From: Catajapyx aquilonaris
Taxonomy: Eukaryota
Length of the DNA: 37,840 nucleotides
Reading direction: 5' to 3'
NCBI GenBank assembly: GCA_000934665.2
Contig: KZ538978.1
Location: 1 to 37,840, forward strand
A program made the position numbers and the translations under genes. The number at the start of each line of letters is the position of its first letter. The first letter of the stretch is position 1. The notes under the pieces were generated by a model. It did no database searches and was not told where the DNA came from. It saw only the letters and a list, made by a program, of their open reading frames with translations. Of this stretch, positions 22,492 through 34,320 are shown piece by piece.

Positions 22492-24163
22492 TACTAAACT
22501 ATACAGAACATTTTCACCTCGGGTCCACCTCCCATTGGGCAAGATTACCTGGGACGTAAAATGACTCATTAAATCTGAATTTCCTATTTTCTGAAGGATT
22601 TGTACCGAAGAGGATAGCTTGGTTTTGATAATGACCTGTTGGAAGTCGCCATTTTTCAGCAGGCAATCATGTCATCCGTTAATGTGCGCATTCATTTTTG
22701 GCCAAAGTGAGCGCCACTTTAGTCCCCTTTAGATCTGGGGAACTACCCCGACCTAATCAATTCCACTAGCCTAATTAGTACGGCGTGGAGTATCGCTTTC
22801 AATGGTTCCGACGGATTGGAGCTTGCACAAACATGTCTGATTCCTGGTATGTCGTTCATCAACGGTTACATGTTCATATCTGGCCGACTGAAAAGCACCC
22901 GTCCGCCGCGTTTCATTCCATTGCGGCTCAAGTAGGCTGGATAACTGTTACATTAGAAAGCAATAACAGTTTATAACCAGGACACTGAATCACCCTGTGG
23001 AAGTAGGGGGCCCATTTGCGTGGGGCACAACTGCAGAGCGAGGCGGATTTTGCAGGATGCGAGGTGATGAATGAGCAAGTCGGGCCACAGGGAACCATCT
23101 AGAGTGGAGGGAGTGGGGGTAGGAGGGAGGGAGGGAGCTTTTCCCAGATAAGTCCGGAGAGTTTCCCCCCCCCCTCTCTCCTCCACCCACCCCCTTCAGC
23201 TACACCCTGTCTCAAATTAAGCCGTCCTCTCAGGAGAAAACCAGAGTGACAAACTTGTGCACCAATAGGCGCAATCGATCAGCTCTTGAAGTCAACCTTA
23301 CCACCCCTGTCCCGTTCGTCTTATCTGTCCCAAATATTCAAAATCAAGATATGAGTGGGACAGTGGGGTCCTATATAATATGTGAATCCAGGAGAAATTG
23401 ACGAAGTCAAAAAAATTAGTTTCGAGATAGTCCAAAGCATTGACTTTGCACTTGCTTACATGCGCGAATGCAGAAAATGCTTGCTGGCTCATTATGAATT
23501 TGTAGGCGGTTTATAATTTTAAAAATAGTGTATATATTGTATATAGAGCATTTTGTGCAGGAGTGTATAGAAAGCTTCCTGCTCTGAAACACGGCAAACG
23601 TGAGATGGCGCATCTGGCATCATGGAATTTCTGTCCGGCGAAACTCGGCTGCTCTCACTCTCTGGCTCTCTCTCACACAGGCCCGCAATTATCCGGGAGA
23701 CGCATTTGGTTTTCGGCCGAGTCCCGGAGACTCAGGCAGTACCATTTGCAGAGTTTGGTCCCACCAGGAAGGAAGCAACAGTTCGGCCTTACGATGCATC
23801 GGCTGTCGGCGACGGCCCTGTTTGCCTTCAGAAACCTCGCCGTTTGTCCTGCTCATCACGTGGCACAATAAAAATTTAGGATCCTTTTAGATCCTGAACT
23901 TACTAGGTGCATACTCCCACATATTTTTTGAGGTTACTGTACATTCCAGTCTGGTGGAAACAGCGTGCGTAAATAGGATGGAAGAACATGTCATTTCATG
24001 CCCTGTACCGCATTAGGCTCAATTCCAACGTACTGTTGCCCGGACGTTTATCCGACGTCAAAAAACCCATCGGCATGGATATGTGTGTAAGACACAATAT
24101 TACAACCAAATGGAACATCATTAGCCTCACATGTAATCACGCTTATGAATGATTTATCACCTC

Positions 24164-24216
<53 letters not shown>
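24164..24216. repeat. (AAT)n microsatellite, ~17 units
   Basis: Uninterrupted run; it is the source of the poly-Ile ORF. Confidence 0.98.
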
Positions 24217-25846
24217 TGTATTAAGCAAGGCATAGTAAGCGTGTCTCTGGTAGTTGGAACAAATGGAGGCTAATGTGTAGCATTATCTCTTAGGGTCCAG
24301 TGAGGCTTGTACAGACACACACACACACCTCACATGCATACACACACAGAGAGAGACTATTGCTGGAAGAGAACTTAATAAAATTATCACAAGTGCGGGC
24401 GCTACATCGCCGTCATCATCCGAGGGATACTTTGGGGAATTCCCATTCCAGGCACAACCGCCACTAAATTGGCCCCTTTATGCAGGGCCTCATATCCCAG
24501 TGTGAAGGGCTTCCCGGATAATGAGGTGGTAGCCGTGCGCTTTAAGATGCCAATTACCTAGCAGACGTTGTCTAATGATTTTGCTTCATTTGGGGCCTCG
24601 CACAGTGGAAGGGGGGGGGGAGTAGGGGATGGAGGGGGAGTGGATATTAAAAGAGCACTGCCGGTCCATGGTTGACTCTAGCCTAGTGACGACTTTCCAC
24701 ATGCCAAATCCAATAGACCTGCCGTCCCTGCAGATGCTGCTAGGTATAATGTCACCGTACTAATCTGATCACCTCCATCAACAAGTCCGGCAATTTTGGG
24801 ACGTACACTGCGCGCAAAAAGAATGCGATGCGTATAGCAAACAGAGCTATAGGTAATTAGTTAAATGCTGCGTAACAAAAGAATCTGAGAGCAATCAATC
24901 ATCATTTAATTGATGTTCATTTAATTAACTAATTAATTGATGAACAGACCCGGAATGCGGATAATTGCTCCTACTAGTTACTCAATAATTTCAGCTCTAT
25001 TTTACTAAATAACCGCTCACCCAGTGTTTTGGTTAGTATCAAATATTAACTTTGAGCGTGGATTTAAATGAGAAGCGTGGTAGGTACAGTGTATATTTTA
25101 TCATTAGCGATTGGTGTCGCCTCCTGCCTGCTCCAACATGCTATGTGGCAATTACAAGGCGATAAATTAGCTGGACGATTAACTGCGTAGGGTATATGGG
25201 CGTGCTGTTCTTTCCATCTGATTCCGAGCAGCTTCGTTTGCGCTAATCGTTACTTTGTCGCTTACAACCACAGGCAATTGCAATTTTATGGAGTAGCCAT
25301 CAACGAGAAGCTACAGTACGTTACAATTTCGGCGTCAACGAAACGTGCCAACCCGATGCTGCTCCAGAATGGGGTCAGACACCTTGCACGTAGTGCATCG
25401 GAAGGGGGGGGGGGGGGGGNNNNNNNNGGTGTGTGCAACATACTGACGCAGCATCATCTCTTATTAGTGCTGGCTGCAGGGTGTCCGAAATGCAACGCAC
25501 CAAGGTTTGATTTTTTTGGTCGATTTGCATTTTTTATCGCTTTATTATGGGCCCGGATGCAGGGACTTTCTTTGCCAGGGGGCCACATGACGAATTTATA
25601 TGCAGAAGGTATAATGAGAGAGTGGACGCATTCTGCCTCCATATTGTATGTTCAGTACATTACAGGGGGGGGGGAGCTCTGGCCACTCACATCATGAAAT
25701 TTGATGCTATTTAATTTAAATGAAGCAATGCAAACTAAATTAGCGCAACCACTTGGAAACACTGTGTTTAACCTGAGAACTTTAGTTAAATCAAAGCACA
25801 AGACTCCAATTACAACCAAAGATTAAGCCGCGACCCTAAACCTTGT

Positions 25847-26378
25847 TGTACTTTTTACTTAACAAGATTCTGTGAACCACGAGTTTAATTACAGCTAGGG
25901 CGAACCGATCATCCAGCTCGAATATCTTGAAGGAGGCCGAGAAGATGAGCGACAAACACGCTTTGGTTTCGCCTCATCTAGAATTAATCAGAGGACGTAC
26001 CAGGGAAATCGGATTCTGCTGCATGGCTGTGGAAGCGTCGGAATAGAATGGGACAGTGGAGAATAGAATAGGAGGAATAGGACGTACGGATTCGGATTCC
26101 AGGAGTATACCTCCGGAGGTCTACAGGAATCGACGAAGCAAACAAGCCTCTCGCGCTACGCTCTTAAGCCTTATAATACTAGGCTCTAGGCAATCAGATA
26201 CAACTCTCGGCCTACTAAGCTCCTTATTTCTAAGGCTCGTCATTTCACACTCGTTACGCTTTGGAGCTTCGGAGTGATGCCCGGTCCAGTAATGTTGCGG
26301 ACAGGCTGAGCCTAATTCAAGTGTTGGTCGCTAGAAGCGCGGTGCTGGTGCCCTCTCGTGGCACTAGAATGACCTACA
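25847..26378 (-). mobile_element. Possible solo LTR
   Basis: TGTA...TACA termini with flanks TTGT/TAGT (3 of 4 match). The minus strand has a CTCF-like motif near the 5' end, then TATTATAAG, then ATTAAA/AGTAAA near the 3' end. Confidence 0.3.
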
Positions 26379-27492
26379 TAGTTTGTAGAGTTGTCTGCAA
26401 TATTGTGGTGTTAATTGAGCGGAGTTGAGCAGTCAGGGCTCTGACGTTGTATTGTAGATTAGAATGAAGAGCATGTACCGTACACTGGTACCGCCCAGCA
26501 TCAAACATGTATGGAAGAGGGAGTGTCCTATATGCATGCAGTTCAGCAGGAGGTTTTCAGGTCACTTCTCCCATAACATGAACGCTGCGAAACTGCAGCT
26601 TTCCACTCCAAGTCTTGCGAATAAGCAATTTGCAGACCGAATGGATGCTCTCCATTCTAATGGCTCTGCTTTTAATATTCATTGCATACTCAATTTAAAA
26701 CAATTGGCTTTCATGCTGGAAGCGCCATTCCCTTCCCCCCTGTTCCCACATCTACACACCCGCCCTCCCCTGTTTTTTTTTTTTTTATTATTTTTGGGAC
26801 TATGGGTGCCGCATGAACAGGTGACAAGTTTGCACCCCATCAGCCCATCCCCAGGGACGCATTTCATTTGTAGAAATGCCATATTTGGAGTTTCAAAGGC
26901 ATAAACGAGTGTCACAATATGTATCCGTGTTGAATGATTAGCGAAAGCGCTATGTTTTAATGAAACACGACTTGCAGTATTTGTTTGTTGCAAATGACAC
27001 AGGGCGTTGTTGTGGACATTTTTTTCAGGCTGACGTCGATCGATCCCGGTCGAGTGCCCCCAAAGTGAACTCGGTCCGGAGGGGAACATAACACATTTAT
27101 ATCAAATTACCAAATTGTTTACATTCAGCCACGGTGTACCGTATTGCTGAAGCGGAAGTAGAGAGAGCAAACAATAATGTACCGTATTTTAAGCTGCCGG
27201 ATGCGTGGCTGTACAAGTTTGGGACTTTAAAAAAAAACACACACACTCGGAAACACAGAATTTCATGAGCTCTTCTGTAGTTTATGGGGCATTCTTTTAT
27301 TCAAGTCCGGAATTAAAGTATGGCCTATACAGGGTGGCACACTGTCCAAGTCCCCAGTTCAGTTGGGTTGGGAAATAAAATAGCTTACCATATCATCCCT
27401 TTTTAGACTCTTATATATAATTCCGTTCCAGTTACTGTATTTATCAAAATGTGAATGGCTATTTTGTAATCTGTTCCTCAATTTCTAGTAGA

Positions 27493-27689
27493 GGAATATC
27501 CTGACATGCAGGCAATCTGGTGAACAAGCGAGGCGCATAGGTTATCTACCGGCCAGGATGAACGTGACCTTGAATCCTATTGGGTAGACAGTGTCTACCC
27601 AATAGGATTCAAGGTCACGTTCATCCTGGCCGGTAGACAACCTATGCGACTTTCTTGTTCACCATATTGCCTGCATGTCAGGATATTCC
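27493..27689. repeat. 197-bp near-perfect palindrome (fold-back element)
   Basis: 98-bp arms at 27493-27590 and 27592-27689 around a single central G; 5 mismatches, with the inner 46 bp perfect. Confidence 0.95.
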
Positions 27690-29662
27690 GTATTCTGCGT
27701 CCTTACTCCTTAGTAAATGAACATGGATATTTTTCACTGCAGCTTCTTGATTACAGTGCCAGTGTATACTGACTTTTTAATGGCGTATTTCTTAGTGCAG
27801 ACACCAAGACGACTCGGTAATGCAATGTGTAAATAAGTCACAAAGACGGTGGACAAAGTAATCGTCGGAGTGGAACACACAGGATCATATCCTAAAGTGG
27901 GGCGGTTAAGGTGTTTAGAATTGTAGAGTGAAAGAGACTCCTGGTCTTTGTTTAAGGGTATAGCATGACAGGAAATGGGGTATGGCTCGGAGCGGGTGAG
28001 CTCCATTTCGGCCCATGATTACTCGACCTTAGCCTGGGTTGACACGAGTTAATTAACAGTGTTTGATATGTGTCGTACTTGTTAAACAATACAGTTATTA
28101 AACTGAAAATTAACGCTACGGTTTGTGCCCCCCCCCCCCCAAATTCCCCCCAGCCCGTCAGATGGAGAAATGTTGACAGCCGAATGGTGCGAAATGGCCA
28201 GGCTCATCAAAACGAATAGCCTGCAGTTGCCATTTTTCGCTCACTTTATCTCTACGTCACTTATTTTTCATACGCGTATTGACAAGCCATGTGTCGCCAC
28301 GGATTTTCTCCAAGGCTAAATAATGGCGCATTGTTTAATTCGCATTTTAAGCGGATGCAACCTTGATTAGTGAGCAACTTTAGGCTGTGAGCAATCTGTG
28401 AAGAGAAGCGGAAGAGCAGGAACAATAAGTCACGAGCTCCGCCAGTGATTAGGAAGCTCCTCGAGGAAAGAAATACAAAAAAGAAATATAAGGTTTTTTT
28501 TATATAAAAAACGGGTAGAGGAGCGGTGTTTTGGGGGGAAACAATCTGCATTCCCCTTCGCCCCGTCGCGAGGCGATGCTCGTTTGTCTCCAACTTAAAA
28601 TTGCATCTGGAAGAACAGAAACTTCCAGCAAATTAACCTCCGGGCCTTAATCACGGCCCCATTGAATTAACCCGGAGTCTTAGTTTAAATTGGGGTCGTG
28701 GAAGGGAAAAGCGAGTGAACGGGAGGTAGGAGAGAGGAGGAGAGGGGTGGGCTGGAGAAAAATAGGCCCACCAAACTACCTCGCAGCCTAATTCTATACC
28801 CTGCAGTATAGCAGATACCCCCGCCTTGATACTCCGTGCCTTGAATGTCCCAATTTCCAGCCATCAACCCTTCTGAACACAGTGCTACTTGCCATGACTC
28901 CAGAATCAATCTTGGGCGGCAGTCACTTTCGGATGGAGATAAAGGAGGTGCGGCCAGCTTCCATTATCTACAAGGTGCTCCCAAAATAAGCCCGGATCCG
29001 TTCATACAAATGGCATCGTTCAACTCTGCGTCATTCAATGGGAATCACATTCCTAGGATTATTGGAAGACCTTTGATCCGCTAAATAGTGGTACCAGAGT
29101 GGAAGGAATTCTGGAAATTCCTGCCTGGCTCTATATTCACATTGACAGCCAATGTGCTTCTTTCTAGAGGTTAGGGACAGGGCTTTGAATTCTGGTGTGT
29201 AGGAGGTACCAGGATGGAGCCAGGCTTGTACTTGTACGAGTGGCAATAATAACAAAAATAAATGTCAACCAGTAACATATTGGTCTTGGAAGTGTATATC
29301 TCTAGAGGTGCAAGGTACAATAAGTATCTCTGTAGGTTCTTTCTCTAATAATTGGATTGGTCGGCAAGGGCAATGCGAAGAAGAGAATGCGATGGTAGAA
29401 ACTGATTCAGCAGATACTCGTAATCTGTAGGAAGTTATTTTTGTGGGCGGCAATCTGCTCAACTCTAGATGAGTTATCATATTACGCGAAGTACAGGACA
29501 GGTAAAATCAATTCTAACCTTTCGAAAAGCAATCAGTATTGTAAATAGTTATAACATTGCGTAATTTGACCATACCCTGTCAGTGCCACCTTTTTGGAAC
29601 TAGTCTTGAAAGTGAGTAAATTTGCACATGTGAGATATAAATAGTCTATATTAAGTAGTTCT

Positions 29663-29948
29663 TTTTAATATCATACCCCATTGAAGCCGTTCTGGCTTTT
29701 TAGGGGGGAGATTTGTTTTTTTGGCTGGAACTCTTGTAAACTTTATTTCGCTTTTTGGGACGGGATAGGGATGGAAGGAAGCGGCTGTGGCCTATTAACT
29801 AGGAAACAACTCCGGTATTCACCTGGAGGAACCGTGGGAAACCACAGAAAACCACGGTCAGAGTTGCCGGCACCGGGATTCGAACCTCGAACCCAGGACC
29901 TCCCGATTAGCAGGCGGACTCCATATCCACTACACCAACCTGCTTCGG
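29663..29948 (-). mobile_element. Full-length tRNA-derived SINE with 16-bp target-site duplication
   Basis: A box, B box (carrying a 7-bp GGTTCGA duplication), body, and a tail matching the 36432 copy. TATATTAAGTAGTTCT at 29647-29662 and 29949-29964. Confidence 0.93.
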
Positions 29949-30942
29949 TATATTAAGTAGTTCTGTAACATACCGGTACGGTATGCGTTTGTTGGCCCTA
30001 CATGAAGTAAAATGTTCTGCACCATGTGAAAGAGTATATAAGTTACACTGGAAGGTTTTTGGCGAATTTAAATGGAAAGCTAGTTATAAAGTTGCCAACA
30101 GCAAAATTAAGTACTATCCGTCGAAAAAGATTGTGGCAAATGCATCCTGGGACTAGACAGTTATCACTAACACTTCCCAAGGTGAAGGGCATATCTACTA
30201 CCTCACCTTACTCCAATTCTGACTGTTTCTTAGCACAAGGGACAACACTGTCCTAATTTTTGCATGTGTAATTTATGCACATAAATCATTTTTAATTTAA
30301 TAAGTGGTCGTTGAAGGACAGATTTTGACATGCTATGCTAAGGGTCTGATGAATGAAGACAAATTAAGGAAAATCTCCGATTATGCGTAGGCATTCACCG
30401 TACGCAATGCGACAAAATTAACTAAATTCTCTTTCATATGTGTTCACAAAACCAGTCTTTAATCACATTTAGCAAAGTCTATTGCTAATAATATCTTATT
30501 CAGAAATTAATTGCCGTTTTTCCTATCAATTCTGTGAAGTGTGAAAATCCTAGTTTGAAGATGTTTCTTTATTATATGTATTTATTATCTCGCAATTACA
30601 ACCTCCTAACAACATTCTTTTTTGAAAAGTTTGACTCACAAGGGATAATACACTATTCATATTTTTCAAGCCATCATAACTCGAAATCATTCAAATGTGG
30701 CTATGATTGTTCTGCATTTCAGGTATTCATCTGCTATGATGTAATAAAATTGAATGGCATGCAGTATATTCAATGATGGTTTTGTGTAAGAAGAATTAAT
30801 CCCATGGTAAATTTGAAGACTATCCTAAGCCTGGCCAATAAGTAGGCCTATTTAAATTTGAAAAAATGTTCACTGTAATACAATATGAAGCCTAAGGTGT
30901 GATCTTCCACAAGGAAAAACTATCGAGTGGGACGAAGTAAAT

Positions 30943-30985
30943 ACATGGTACTCCCGATTATTCGGGTGCGGATTATCCGTGCATT
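30943..30985 (+). mobile_element. End fragment of a Tigger/pogo-like non-autonomous element
   Basis: TACATGGTACTCCCGATTATTCGGGTGCGGATTATCCG has the repeated CGATTATCCG-type subterminal motif. The partner end was not found. Confidence 0.35.
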
Positions 30986-31706
30986 ACCAAAACAAAACAA
31001 AACAAAAGTTCGAAAAAATGCTAATATTATAATTTGTCTCGCAAACAAGTAAATATAACATACTTTTCCCAGAGGACAAACTAAAAATCTATGATGGTGT
31101 GTGTTACAACAATAGTTTATAACAACAACAGGAAATAACAAAATCGCAATAATTCAACGCAAATTCCACCAATCAGGGAATATATGTGGGAAATTTAGTT
31201 TCACTTTTTCATCTTACATATTCGGAACAAACATCACAAATTCAGATTGGTACCCACCGATAAAAATTAATTTCGAAAAAAAATCCAAATTGGTTTATTG
31301 TCAACTTATCCCGAGTCACATTTTGCAAGAAAAACCTCTTCGCAGATTTTTCCCATCATATTTTCTTAATTAATTATAACGTAGGCGCTCTAGGTAGCGC
31401 TACTAATAATTCAGGGGCTATTGTTTGATCTCAGTTTGTGTTTTGTAGAATTTTTTCCTTCGCAATAACCTAACCCGGATATGTGAATGATATATGAATT
31501 TTGAGACTTAAATTTTCTGTCACAAGTCATCCGGATACCTTAAGCCCATAAAAATAACCTTCGAACAAAACGATAAATTATTTCAAAAATTGTAGGAGAC
31601 ATAAAATACTTTTTTACACCATGGGTGGAATTTTCGTTCCACTGCTCGTTACTGCTAACTCAGCTGTTGGGAATGATTACTGCTAAATTAGCAGTAGATA
31701 TAGCAT

Positions 31707-31938
31707 AACCGAAGCAGGTTGGCATAGTGGATAAGGCGTCCGACTGCTAATCGGGAGGTCCTGGGTTCGAATCCCGGGGCCGGCAACCCTGACTGTGGTT
31801 TTCTGTGGTTTTCCACGGTCTTTCTAGGATAATTCCGGGGTCGCTTCCGTATAATAGGCCACAGCCGCTTCCTTCCTTCCCTATCCTTGGAGGTTGAAAG
31901 GCAATGCTGGGCCAACCTCCTTAAAATATCAATTATAA
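31707..31938 (+). mobile_element. tRNA-derived SINE, short hairpin-tail variant, with 14-bp target-site duplication
   Basis: Best-preserved head at 31714-31785: A box TGGCATAGTGG, arm TCCGA-CTGCTAA-TCGGG, B box GGTTCGAATCC. The body runs to 31886 and the tail hairpin is GGAGGTTG/CAACCTCC. Flanks are AGTAGATATAGCAT (31693-31706) and AGTAGCTATAGCAT (31939-31952). Confidence 0.9.
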
Positions 31939-33843
31939 AGTAGCTATAGCATTGGGACGAACACCTACAAGTCCAATCCAAGTTACACAGTTATATATTT
32001 TATCAATGTTATTTTTTAAATATTTGATCCGGATTCGTTGTAGTACCCCTCTCAAAATACCTCCACAGTATTTCAGGTATTCACGAATCCAAACTGGTTT
32101 ACATGATTTACTGTAGTAAACCTATATACCCTCAAATTCCATGCCGAAGTGTTGTAATAGTTACACGATGCTATAAAGTGCTGCACTTATGTTTTATAAT
32201 CCCAAACAACTGAAGAGGTGATCTTCAAACGAATCGATTTCAGTTTTTCATATTTTGGAATATGCCAAATATTTTCAAGCGATGTAAATTTAATATTTTC
32301 TAATAAAAAATTGTCAACTACTTCCAAACTTTCGGATTACTTTTGCAAGCTGAGTTCACATCCAGGTCCGGAATGTGTGCTGGACACTTGATTGTAAGTA
32401 GCTCAGCTTGACCCACCACAGTATTTTTCTCCACAAGACCACTACCGTCTAAAACCCTCTTCCAAATTCAATTACGGTAGCTGCCTGCTACAGACGAGGT
32501 CTTTTCCCCAACTAAAATAATTGGTGTCGAGCCAAACCCCTGAGCATTATCCTGTTTTCGAATCCACCACTTTACATTTCCGGAATTCCCCAGGGTCCGG
32601 GACTTTCCTATTTTTCTTGTCTGAATATTACTACGTTAATGGTTGAAAATGTACTTCCACTTATTGCATACCCACGTAATTGGTGGTCTGGCCGGATTGG
32701 TCCAAGAAAAATGTCCACAGCATAGAAGCAAGGGTGGCAGCATATTGTGGAAGGATCCCCTATGTTGGAATTTGGGGAGCCTTCTCTCCAGGAATTTCCA
32801 TTGGCGTACTTTGTGAAAGCTGGGGAGGTCCTCCCTGGGGCTACAACTGCAATTATCACCCGGGGGGGACTCTGGGTTTGTGCGGACCCCTTCTCCGCTT
32901 GCCTCTCATAAGCTTAAGGTGCCAGCTGGATAATTCCCCGGAAATCTGCCAAGTGATTACCCGGATTAAGAGGCGCGGATGTTTACCCTCGCCAGACTAT
33001 GTCGTGACGTCCGCTTTAAAACAGCGGGTCATTCTCCGCTACACGGGTTGATTTCGCGACACTTTTTTTTTGTCAGCGGGTGTTATTCGGAGTGACAGAT
33101 GACACGCGTGGAGGTCAAACGGGGCAGAAAGCAGACAATAAATTCGCGCAGCTGTCGAAGGTTGGATTAGCATATAAAGTGAAATTGGAACGCACACACA
33201 CACACACCTTTTTTTTCTGAAGCTTTGACTACAAGTTGGACTTTAAAAAGGTGTAGGTTGTAAGCTTGGTATGTGTGAACCTGTATTTTCAAGCACTAGA
33301 CAGTGATGAACCTGCTCGCTACGTGTCCCCCGTAATGTGGTCATTATCATGTAATACTGCACTAGGAGTATTGTGGTCGGGCTTAATTGACGCCTACCTG
33401 ACATTTGAAGGCCGTAGCCCCCGCGTTATGTCCATTAGAGCGGGGCTCAAATTGTTCCGGAGGGGGGGTAGGAGGGGGGGGGGGAGAGAACTATCAATGG
33501 GGGACACGAGGACAAGTTATTGCATTACTGTCAGCCATACCCCCCGACCCATTACCTGCTAATAAGATAATAATATTCCACCCAGAGGGCCGCTTTTTGA
33601 CAATGTGATCGCCAAGTGCTAAGGTGACGGGTGTGGGAAGTGTCCGCTTTGGAAAAATTAATCATCTCTCGTGTGAGGTGCTGCCAGCTCAGGTACCACT
33701 AGGAAATGGCTATTATGCTCTATTATTAACAGAGCTTTGCTTAGTAAATAATATTACACTGAAGACTGAGGGCGACTCAGATGTACAGTACTGAACACAC
33801 AGCTGCAGAGAAACATGGGTTTGTATTACATGAATATGAACTC

Positions 33844-34058
33844 TATAGGGTGTTTAAACTTTTTTGTCCGAACAGTTATCCGAAATATTGCACTAAGCTG
33901 CTACTTTGTAAGCAGTGTATGCCATTTAAACCTAAGATTCGCAGGGAATATTCCCAATTCCTCCGACAAACCGGTTGCAAGTCACTGCTTACAAAGTAGC
34001 AGCTTATAGTGCAATATTTCCGATAACTGTTCGGACAAAAAAGTTGAAATACCCTATA
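33844..34058. mobile_element. Tc1/mariner-type MITE with ~75-bp TIRs and TA ends
   Basis: TATAGGGTGTTTAAACTTTTTTGTCCGAACAGTTATC...AAGCAGTG (33844-33917) is mirrored at 33983-34058 (...GTTGAAATACCCTATA). Confidence 0.92.
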
Positions 34059-34094
34059 CGTTTGGTCATCAACCACTACTTTCCACGCTCAAAA

Positions 34095-34320
34095 GGACGG
34101 TTACATAACCATTTTCGTCCTAAATATTCCACTCAAATAATTTCATCCGACGATTTCTCATCCAATAAAATAAATTCCACCTAAAAATAGTTCGCCCCAA
34201 TTCGTCCAATAAAATTTCGCCAAAAAAATTCCGCCATACGAAATTTTCGCCCAATGAAATTCCACCTTTAAAAATTTCTTCCGGGGGAATTTTCATCCAA
34301 TACATAATTTCATTCAAACA
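34095..34320. repeat. Degenerate short-period repeats (ATTTC[G/A][T/C]CCAA-like), probably the end of a non-autonomous DNA element
   Basis: About ten variants, such as TTTCGTCC, TTTCATCC, TTCGCCCAA and AATTCCACC, spaced 10-25 bp apart. Confidence 0.55.

Noticed and set aside
31158..31636. DNA element bounded by AAATTCCACC / GGTGGAATTT
   Set aside because: Only about 10-15 bp of inverted match and no TSD. Probably transposon debris, but the boundaries cannot be supported.
31714..31785. Functional tRNA-Ser gene
   Set aside because: The acceptor stem is poor, there is no long variable arm, and it is embedded in a multicopy SINE with a TSD.
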